Positions 27,440 through 39,300 of a stretch of 64,000 nucleotides of DNA are shown one piece after another. The notes beneath the pieces are model-generated. The model was not told the DNA's origin, searched no databases, and worked only from the letters and a program-made list of their open reading frames with translations. The stretch spans positions 134,850,001-134,914,000 of the forward strand of contig NC_043001.1 of NCBI RefSeq assembly GCF_006345805.1, given 5' to 3'. A program made the position numbers and the translations under genes. The DNA comes from Octopus sinensis. Taxonomy: Eukaryota. Each line of letters starts with the position of its first letter. Within the stretch, counting starts at the first letter, position 1.

Positions 27440-30286
27440 AATACAAAATAAACAATCAGCTTAAAAAAAACAAACAAATTATAAGATTAACAGACAACAA
27501 GGAGTATATGCACAAGGAATGTATTAGCTTGACCCTCAGTGAAAAGAGAGAGTCTGAGGTTTCAAGCATAACTCTTTAGTAGAAAGGAGAAAGGGAAAAG
27601 TTCAAAGAAGGAAAAGAAATCACCAAGTCACATCACTGAAGTGACTGGAAGTAGAAAGAGGTAGAGAAAGTGTTTTATTTGGAACAGGAGAGTGCGAAGA
27701 TGGTCAGTGTGTGTGTACGTGTGTGTCTGTGTGTGTATGAGAGTGTGTATGTGTATATGTGTGTGTGCATTGGTGTCTCTTCTTTAGCACTCCGTCGGTT
27801 ACGACGACGAGGGTTCCGGTTGATCCGAATCAACGGAACAGCCTGCTTGTGAAATTAACGTGTAAGTGGCTGAGCACTCCACAGACACGTGCACCCTTAA
27901 CGTAGTTCTCGGGGATATTCAGCATGACACAGAGAGTGACAAGGCCGGCCCTTTGAAATACAGGTACAACAGAAACAGGAAGTAAGAGTGAGAGAAAGTT
28001 GTGGTGAAAGAGTACAGCAGGGATCACCACCATCCCCTGCCGGAGCCTCGTGGAGCTTTAGGTGTTTTCGGTCAATAAACACTCGTAGCCATGCGTAATA
28101 TACATACATACATATATATATCAAAGATAAAATTTCAAGTGATATTTGGTCTATTTTAGAGACAATATTCCCACAACTTAGTGATGTTGATATCTGTGAA
28201 AGTTCTGTCACAATTACATTTTTTTAATGACAAGTGGCATAAACCTTAAAATATAAAGATTAGATTTTGTCCTAAAAAGGTAATTGAAATGAGAGGTGGT
28301 GAGTTTTACAGAACTTACCTTCATAATCCATAGAAATCCTATTATCAAGTTTGATTTGTTTCATTGCATTCGTTTTTCTCTCTAATATACTCCAACTTAT
28401 TGTAGGTTTTGGCGTCCCTTTTGGTGGTATACACACTAATTTTACACTCTCTCCCATCATGGGTGCCAAATGCGTTGTTGCTTTTTTCAGGAAAGGTGTT
28501 AACTCAGCCATATATAATCTTGTGATTATAGATAATGACTTCCCTAATTTAGATGCAGCGGCACATTGGTAACCACCAATATCTTCGAGACTAGGACTGT
28601 GAAATAGTATAGACCCAACTCCAACAAGTTGAGTTATTCGGCCTTTGTATTCTGTACTATTGAGATCAATTTTTTTACCATTTTTATACCATGTATACCT
28701 GAAAGAGACAAAAGAAAAAAAATAATATTTCAATAATTATCATGATTGAAAAGAAAAGTATTTATAAAATAGGAAGCAAGAGATGAAAATACCCACCTAA
28801 ACAAGTCCCAATATAACCTAAAGCAGTGGTACCTAAACTTTTTTGGGTTGCCACCCCGTTGGCACCCAGGCCACATTCCTAGCACCCCACCCCATTCACC
28901 ACCACAAATATAGACCACATTCTGTAGCAAATTCAAAACATCTGTATTTTACAAATAAAATTTAACCTAACCAATTATTTTGTGGTTCTTACATCCATTG
29001 CCCCCTTTTGGCTACCCCATTATCACCCAACTTTTCTTCTATGCTCCCCACCCACTGAATATTTCTACTGTTCCCAAGATAGCAGTACCACCCACTTTGG
29101 GAACCTCTGATCTAAATTATAAAATGATAAAGGCTTTCATTTTCATCAAATCATCTTAACTATAGATTCTGAACTATTACAAAGATGCAAGACAAATCTC
29201 ATTTTCAGTGGAGACCAGAGTAATTTTCCTAAAAAATCTGGGTAACTTATCCCAACAGCTGAAACATATAAAAGAAATATGCAGCAGATATAAGCTAACA
29301 GTATAAACAAGTGAGCATGTGTGTTTTATGTGAATATTTGATAAGCAGTTTATATACTCACTTGTTTATAAAAACAACACTATGAAATTAGGTTCTGAAG
29401 TCTGACAGTGGGTATGTTGGTGTAAATGGTAGCACACTTGTTGCAAAAAAACATAGAGGTGTGTGTTCAAGTCTCATGTATACAGAAAACCCATTTGTTT
29501 TTCTGTCGAGGTCTTATATGCCCCAATATTACACTATTTTCTTTAGTCAATACATGGTGATTGCTTATAAAATATTATTATTATTAACAGTATAAAGTTT
29601 AACTATTGCCATTAGCATTTAGCCATTTCAACACATAAGAAGGTTTGTAGAGAGAGATCTAAAATAATGTCATGTTTTACAAATCACATATTTTCATCTA
29701 CTCTAATAGAATCTTCAGATTCAAATTGTGTGAAGAGATTTGTCTCATTTTAATAATAATAATAATAATATCGAAATCGAATTGAACCAGCCAGGATCCC
29801 TGGTCTGGTGGTACGTAAAAAGCACTATCCGACTCGTGGCCGTGGCACGTAAAATACTCCAATGCGACCGTACGACAGGCACCCTTGCCAACCCCCTTTG
29901 CTTGTGAAGACATGTTGGGGCAAGCGAAATCGAAATCGAATTGAACCAGCCAGGATCCCTGGTCTGGTGGTACGTAAAAAGCACTATCCGACTCGTGGCC
30001 GATGCCAGCACCGCCTCGACTGGCTTCCGTGCCGGTGGCACATAAAATACACCAATCTGACCGTGGCCGTTGCCAGCCCCGCCTGGCACCTGTGCAGGTG
30101 GCACGTAAAAAGCACCCACTACACTCACGGAGTGGTTGGCGTTAGGAAGGGCATCCAGCTGTAGAAACATTGCCAAATTAGACTGGAGCCTGGTGCAGCC
30201 TTCTGGCTTCCCAGAACCCCGGTCGAACCGTCCAACCCATGCTAGCATGGAGAACGGACGTTAAACGACGATGATGATGATGATGA

Positions 30287-30343
<57 letters not shown>

Positions 30344-33300
30344 TAATAATGAAATTATTGTATACAATAATTTATTTCCATGTGTCTAACACACGTGGAC
30401 ATGCCTACAAAGTCAGAAAACAACACAGCTCCCATGACTTTCGAAAACATTTTTTCACGCTCAGAGTTGCTGAAGCATGGAATAAACTGCCTGCGTCAGT
30501 TGTTGACTGCCATGACACTGCATCCTTTAAGGCCCTCATGCTTTCCGAAATCCGCCGAAACTACACCTGATTATATATACACTTTAGATGAGTTGTAGTG
30601 CACCTGAGCACTGTACGCAATGTTTTATTATTATTATTGTTATGATAGAACTACAGATTATGATCTATTAGTTTTGATACTTACTCAGGTGCTGGTTTAC
30701 CAGTAGCCATACATGGAAGCTCTAGTGGTTGCTTTGAATGGATGAATCCAATTTTATTAGGTTGCTCGGTGATAGATGGTGGGAGATTGGCTGAAAACAG
30801 AAGAATATATATTGTCAAATAATTGAAACAATATTGCTTTATTACATTTTCACTGGGCAACAATTAATAACAATAGTAATAAGCTAGACTGAAAACAACA
30901 AGAAAATTTCCTTTTAGAGATTAAAATGGATGATGGATTTATAGAAAAAAAAAATTAAGAGAGTTTAAATAACAATGACATTCAATGTATTTATAAAGTG
31001 AAAAATAATGCATAGAAAAATGTTGTAAAAATTTTATTTGAAAATACAGGCTGAACTTCACTAATCTGGCAACTTAGGGGCTAAATAGGTGTCTGAGTAG
31101 CAAATTTTCTAAAACAGTGAAGATAAAAAAAAAGGCAAAATAATTCTTATATTGTATTATCATAGTGTATTAGTTTCTTAGTGGAGGCACGTGGCTTAGT
31201 GGTTAAGGTGTCAGCATCATGATCATAAGATTGTGGTTTCGATTCCTGGACCAGGCGACACATCGTGTTCTTGAGCAAAACACTTCATTTCATGTTGCCC
31301 CAGTCCACTCAGCTGGCAAAAATGAGTAATGCTGCGATAGACTAGCGTCTGTCCAACTGGGGAACACATACGCCATTGACACTGGGAAGCCGGGCCCATG
31401 AGCCTGGCTAGGCTTTAAAAGGACGCATTTATTATTTTTTTTATTAGTTTCTTACTTATTTGACATCTTTATTACAAAGTGCGAGTTCTGTAACATTAGT
31501 ATATTATGATACAAAAAATACATAGATTGTTAGAAAAATAAAGCCTACGTATGAGACCCATAAAACATTACATAAAATTTATGAGCAAAACTTCTACAGT
31601 AAATACAATTCTAAAACTTATTTATTTGGGAAGTGGATTGTTTCTACATTAAATCTAAATCAAAGTTGAGTAACATCTGGGATGGTAACGTTCTTACTTT
31701 TGATGTTTGCAAACAATTTTATATTATTTTTCTTCATTTCTTAACATGATCCACTGACAATGAACCATATTCCACACACAAGGTTGTTACTGATGTGCTA
31801 TACACTAGTATCTTTATTGACACCATTTGTAAAAGAACTGATGTAATACACAACAAAAACATGTTAACTCCAGGAGGTATATTTAAGAGTAAAATATTAA
31901 TAAAACGTCTAAAATGTTCCTGTTTGTTATCATCAACGACAGTATATACGTGAGACAGATGGAAATAACAAGGGTTACTGACAGTGCCACAGCTGGCCAG
32001 ATAGTGGTCATGCAAACTATAAGCACCATCAGATTCAAACAAGTATCCCAGACCATCAAAGCTGCTGGATTAATGAATGCCAGATTAGTGAGGTTCAACT
32101 TATATATTATTTTGATCCTGAACTAAATTTGTACTTTTACAGATCAAATTTTGTTATCGTGTACGTATCTTTGGGGAAGGTGCACACAAGCATTTTCATT
32201 TCTGCTTTTGTAAGCATACTCATTACATGCCACAATGCACAAGATTTTTAGAAAACTTCCTTCTGCTTTTAGTTTTATTTATCCACTTAAATAGTTTTAG
32301 TTACTTTACTAATACTTTTAGGTAAAACAGATATGATTAATATAATTAATAATGTGTATATATAAAAAAATTAGCAGAATGAGATAAAAATCCAAGGCTG
32401 TGAAAGATTTCAGAACATTTATAAATAGGCCTTACAGCTGTTTCTGGGATATATGACCTATGTTGAACTCCTCATTCGCATAATCATTGAACCTGGAGCT
32501 TAACTATAATTATTAATGTAAATTTTGGTACTTCACAACTATTGTATAATCATTGCTGTTGTACACATTACTTTTGAGTTAGACAACTAACAGAAAATTA
32601 TTCAATTAACTTTTCATTCTATTAATTCTAAATTTATTTTATTCATTTGACTTCAATTTATATTGCTACCTAGTCTTCTAATTTGTTTCTTTGTAATATA
32701 AAGAATTTAATTGAAAATGCAACAATAGGAGCCAGAACATTTTCCATATATCTTTTCTGCAGACGATATAGAATATATATGGCATGCCATGAAATATATA
32801 TAAGCAAATAGATTTAGAATTTTAACTTAAGGGATTAAAATGATAAATAACAATAAAAAAAAGAAAGAAAATAATAGCATATATTAAACATAAAGCTATA
32901 AACTGTTTGGTATTTGTTCTAAGCAATATTTTAAAATATTCCTTTCTACTATAGGCACAAGGCCTGAAATTTTGGTAGGAGAGGATAAGTTGATTACATT
33001 GATCCCAGTGCTAAACTGGTACTTATTTCATTGACTCTGAAAGGCAAAGTTGACCTTGGCAGAATTTGAACTTAGAACATAAAGATGGACAAAATGTATT
33101 TTATCTGGTGAGCTAATGATTTTCTACCAACTTACTGTCTTAATATTTTTAAAATATTAAAAGTTAATTTCTTATGAAAAGAATGATTTTTTTTTCAAAT
33201 TAAACTTATCTGAATTCAAAACAGTAAAATTCTCAATTAAAAAAATTCTAATTGATACAATGAAGTCATTTTATTCGTATATCATTTTAATGACTTCCAC

Positions 33301-36300
33301 CAGACATTTTTGATTAGCGATGATATCGATTTTAAGTTTCAGTTACAATTTCATAATTCAAATGTTAAAATTTAAGTATTATTCCTTACTTTAAATAATA
33401 CTTAAACGACAAATTTAATTAAAGGAAGAAAAATATTTTATTTAGTTTCATGCAAAGGGAAACAATTACATCTTGAGTTATTTCCCTTACAAGCAAAATT
33501 ATAGTTGTGTAAAATCAAGAAACAAATGTCACATTCCGCTTCATTTTCACAAAATAACAATGCATTTCACATGACGCATGAGATATTTTATTATAGGAGG
33601 CATTAGCAAGGCAAAATAATGAAACAAATAGGAAAAATAAACTAAAGTAACACACAAACAACATTGACAACAATGATAATTGTTTACTAGAGTCAAAATT
33701 TTTTCATATTCAGACAAATGTGCCAAAACAAAAACTCAATGGGAAGGTAAATAATAACACTGCATGCCCTGTGTATATGAGATATGGGTTGCTAATCATT
33801 GTTTCTATGAAAAATACTTACATTCTGCAGTTAATGGTACTATTTGTATATCAGAATGTTCTGATAGATTATTTTCATTTTGATATTTTGTTATTTTTGT
33901 ACTGATATCTGAAAGAAAGGGATGTGTTTAACACAAATAAATGGACAAGATGGAAATGAAAACAGAGAATGTGAAGATTAAATGAATAAATAAATGAATG
34001 AATGTAGATTTGTTTAAAAAACTCTAAGAAGTTTGAGAAGATAAAAATGTTTATCATATTTTCATGTTGCGTTATTTATTCAGTGTCTGAAATAATGAGA
34101 CCAAAGGTTCCAGAAAATTTCTTGAGAGGAACTTGTGCTCAAAGAATGAAATGCTGGGATACTATAACTCAACCATAAAATGTAAGTGTTGATTGATAAT
34201 TTCTAATATCTTTAAAGCAAAATATATAATGTCCAGCAGTAGATATGTATGTATACCCAATGAACAACAGTAGAAAATATAGACATGTTTTTGGTGATTG
34301 TGATATAGTTTTCCAAATTATATTCTATACAACCATAGGAGAATTCTCAACAGTAATAGTATTAAAAAATGGAAAAAAAAAAAAAGGATGTTTTAAGTAT
34401 TGTTGAGTGAAACATAATGCAAATGTTTTATTGGTATAGGAACCAACAATCTCACAACCTGGAGATCAGAACTTGACAGGCACTCAAGAGTTTTGGATAC
34501 AATCATGAATAGATAAAATTATCTAATCAGTTTTGATTAGACGCAGCTGACTGTTTTGTTATCTAAGAGGCTGAATTATTGCTGGGGATCGTAGGGACAA
34601 GTCAAGGAAATTGTAATCTGTGTTAACAACAAAGATAGACCACTTTACTTTGATGAATTTAGAGGAGTGATAACATGGGTGGAACTAAGATTTCAATTGG
34701 AGGTTGCTGTGCACAGGAGACATTCTCAGTTATTAAAATGGACCCACCACTAGTCGTCTACTCACATAGCATGGAACAAACTGCCGGGATCAGTTGTTAG
34801 TTGTCGGAGCACTGCATCCTTCAAAACCTCCATGCTTCCTGCGATTCGCCAACACTACACCTGATTTTCTCCCCTCCATACACACACAAGCATGTATCTG
34901 ACTCATACATTGTTTGCTTTCCAGGCATTTTTACATTACTGCATGTACTTTATATGCACTTTCTGACAAGTTGTGGTGCACCTGAGCACTGTATACAATA
35001 ATTTCATTATTACTATTATTATTATAAAAGAAAACACCCCAAAAATTAATATAAATGTTAAATATCGAGGATATTTGAAAGGTGACATGGGGAAGTTTGT
35101 CTGAATCTGTTGAAACTCACTCCTACTGGCTATGGAGATGGTTAATATAAAATAGTAAGTTTTTAATAATCAATATTGTTCAGTGCTGTTGATCTCATTT
35201 CTAATTCATAAATGACAACACACTTTGTGAATGAGATTTCAATTATGTTAATGTTTCTTATTTCTTCCATATTGCAACAATCATATTGTCTTTGCACATT
35301 GGCAAAAAGCCTCAGTTTTGAAGGAGACTGAATCAATAAGCTATTAGAGTTTCTGTGTTGAAATGAAGCGTACTGGAAGAGTCACTCTAGACAATTAGCA
35401 ACAGACAAAAACTGTTGAATTTGTTTTGGAATTTATTTCATGGGGTGTCAACATTTTCATCACACAACTGCACTCTGGTCACTCATGCAGTTTACTAGTA
35501 AGATATTATTGGTGTCCTCCCCTTTACACTTCATATTGACATTTCTGTGATAACGATCCCTATTGATCAATTTTTTTTCCTTTCCCTTTTTTTCCCCTCA
35601 CCCCCCCTTTTTTATTAAAAATTTTATTTTATCCCCCCCCTTTTTTGTCCTCTTTCTTTCCATTTATGATCCCTTTTGATCGAAAACCAAACCCCCTTCT
35701 TTTACCCCCAAAAGAAAAGCTCTACCTTGTAATTTTGTCCTGTCTGTGTGCAGCCCTGTGTGGCTAATAAAGAAACATATTTTATTTCGAAGCTCTAATG
35801 TACTTTGTCAAACAACTGTAATATCATTCACTTCCCCAAGATGATAAGTTTTAACAAACTTAAAGAGATATGAGATAGAAGAACCAACATTAAATTTTAG
35901 TCTGCACAAGGAGTAGAGATTTGTGATGTTCTTGAAATGAAATTTCTGCATGAGGGAGATAGCAGGTAGCACTAGTCAAAATTTAATTATTTTGGCCAAA
36001 GGTAGCACTAGTCAAACATATGAAATGAATATATGGCTGCAATGAAAAAATAAATATTTACAATCAAGAGAATGACATTATATGGCTTAGACTCTGCTGC
36101 ATGTGTAAAATGCTCCTCTCAGTTGTCTCCCTGAGTTCTATTGTTGATTTTCTCTCTCTCTCTCTCACACACACATAGACCCAAGCACACACACACAGAC
36201 ACATAGACACACACACACACACACTTAATTTGTTTTGGGCAAATGCCTCAGAATGCACTCTTAAAAGCTCCTATGCTTCTTGTTGTTGGCTACCACCTGT

Positions 36301-39300
36301 ACATTAATAAAGCCTATAAATTACCATCCGCAAGTCCTTATTGTTTTTATATAGGGAGAATTCACAAAAAAGCAAAAGACGAAGACAGCAGGTGGTGTAG
36401 ACAACAAACAGATGTATTAGTTTAATGCTCGGGAAGTGAAAAAGTCTTTAATGTTTCGAGCCTACACTCTTCCACAGAAAGAAACGAGGAGAGAAAAAAA
36501 AGAATGTGTAGTGGCTAGCGATCTATCATGGTGAATGCCGGACTGCGGAGTCACACAGGAGAGCTAGGAAGAAGGGGAGATAATAAAGTAGTCTTGATCC
36601 CAAAATGAAGGTGCACGTGCGTGTATATAAGAGAGCATGTATTTTAGTGTAGAAGAGGGCTGGTGACCTTGATGTATGCATGTGTGTATGTGAAGGTGTG
36701 TGGATGATGGTGTGGGGCTGGGAAGTGGTCAGTGCTAGTGTGTGCATGGTAGTGTGATGGGATGGATAGGGAAGGTGGGGTTGGATTGTGTAGGGGAGGA
36801 GTTAAGAGGGAAGGGTGATGATGAAAGGAGAGGGGAAGGGAGAAGGTGGGTAGGAATGAAGAGAAGAGAGCAGTCGGAGTAAGATAGGAGATGTGGGTTG
36901 AGGAAATAGGTGTGAGAAGGAGAGAGGAAAGGGAAGGAGATTAATCCCTGTTCATGGCGAAAACAGGAGTCCAGATGTCCCCTGTGCAAGGAAAATCTGA
37001 ACACAGACAGGTGTTGCAAAAAGTGACCGGTAGAGTGGAATTGGCGTGAGACTAGGGTGTCATTGCCGAGTTGGATGTCTTGGAGGTGTTCTACGAACCG
37101 GTCAGCCAAGTGGTATTCCATTTGCCCGATGTATAGAGAAAGGCAGAGAGAGCAGGAGATGCACTAGATGACATTGGTAAAAGTATAGGTGAAGCTAGTT
37201 GGTGATATGATAGGGTCGATGATGGGTGCTAGTAAGGAGGGTGGTGTTGGAGAGGTAAGGGCAAGTGTGGCAGCACATGGGCGTACAAATGCATGAACAT
37301 CTGATTTTAACAGATATATTTACCAAAATTATATAAAAATATCTTGAAATACTAATGAGTAAATTTATTCAGTAAAATCGCCATTTGCTTCAACTACGGC
37401 CTCCAGACAACTTCTGAGTCTCCTGCAACTCTTCTGGATGGTCTCCTTGTTTAAGTTGGTGAATGCTGCTGTAATCCTTGCCTTCAGTTCATCTTTGGTG
37501 TTACAAGGAGTTTTGTTGGTCTCTCACTCAACTGCACCCCACACATATAAATTAAGGGGGTTAGGTGGCCAGATGTTTGGGGTGGTGGTGTGGTCGCAGA
37601 AATTGTCTGGGTTCTCCTGCTTGTGTGGCATGGTACAGAGTCCTGTTGCCAGACATAGGGTCTTCCAGTAGTCACTCTTTTGACTCAGGCCAGCACTACC
37701 TCCTCCAGGCACTTGATGTAGGCCTCTGTGTTGAGTCTGAGGCCGTGTGGGAAGATGAATGGAGGCATAACATCGCCATCACTAGTGATCACACCAAACA
37801 CAATGATGTTGACTGGATGTTTCATTTTTATCATTCTTGGTATGGCTGTTCTGGGTGTTCACCGAGTTTTGGACATTTACACCCCCCCATGGACAATTAC
37901 TGAGGACAACAGATGATGATATTAGAGAGGGGGTAATGAACCAAAGGTCTTGGGGGTAGTTGTTGTCAGGAAGAAATTGTCCTCTGGGGGGTAATTGTCC
38001 TGATATGGTGTTCACCATCTGATCCTGGCAGAGATTTTTCTTGTCTGGGAAAAACCAAAGCATGTTCAGTTGGAAAGAATGCTAGAGTTTGTTCAAAAGC
38101 TTCTTAGCATGGTCTTTCCTCTTGTCCTTGATGGCTTGGGATAAAAATTGACCCTTTCTCATCATGTATGAAGAATACCGAATGTCTTCATGCACTACCT
38201 GCCTGATAAGAAACTCAGACACTCCCATGTTCTTGGCGATGGACCTGATTGATTTGGAGGGATTGTTGTCAATCATGGCCTGGATCTCACCAACAAATTC
38301 AAGAGTTCTTTTCTTATCAGAATGATCAGAGTGAATTTTCTGAGATGCTGTACCCTCCTAATCCCCATTAGACTCATCCAAACTCTTTCCAAATCCTCTG
38401 CACTGTCCTCAGATTGGCACCCAAACTCTCTGAAATGTTCGTATTGGAGCTTCTGACGCAAATTCCAAACAGTATGGCATGTGTTTCCAAATTTCTGGCA
38501 GAGTGAATTGCATCATGGTGCTGTTTTTCTCACAGACGGTGCCCAACTGACCCTACTATGCAGTGTAGTTGACAAAATCAAAAACAAACAATGTGCATGC
38601 ATGAAATAAAAAATTGTATGTATGTAAGCTAGTTATACACACTATATACATATGGGACAGATGGATGTGATCTTGATGATGTAGTGAAACGAATCTGATT
38701 TGAAAATGAATAATAATAATAATAATGCTTCATCTTTCTCTCACAAGGAAGTGCTTATAGGAGGAGGAGAACATAGGAGGAGTTTACACAAAAATATGTG
38801 TTGAGGGCAGCAAAGCACTGTTCACTGCTTGAATCTAGCTGTCAGTAAGAATAACATGGGGAAAGAATGTAGAATACCAAACTATAAAAGTATGTATAAG
38901 GCAAGGAAGGAGAGAAGGATAAAAGAATGCAATAACTTATATGCCTGACACTGGTCAAAGAAACTAAACATCAGGTTTAACTAGTGATAAGAAAAGCCAA
39001 CAGTAGCTGGTTTATCAATGTGGAAGCACTCCGTCGATTACGACGATGAGGGTTCCGGTTGATCCGAATCAACGGAACAGCCTGCTCGTGAAATTAACGT
39101 GTAAGTGGCTGAGCACTCCACAGACACGTGCACCCTTAACGTAGTTCTCGGGGATATTCAGCGTGACACAGAGAGTGACAAGGCCGGCCCCTTGAAATAC
39201 AGGTACAACAGAAACAGGAAGTAAGAGTGAGAGAAAGTTGTAGTGAAAGAGTACAGCAGGGATCACCACCATCCCCTGCCGGAGCCTCGTGGAGCTTTTA

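Noticed and set aside
31734-31865. Signal-peptide-like [14 protein letters not shown]...
   Set aside because: No good phase-1 donor; runs to a stop; a much better signal exon exists at 50302-50374.
32670-32760. Acceptor plus MFWLLLLHF... as a signal exon
   Set aside because: All three frames hit stops before or at the donor.
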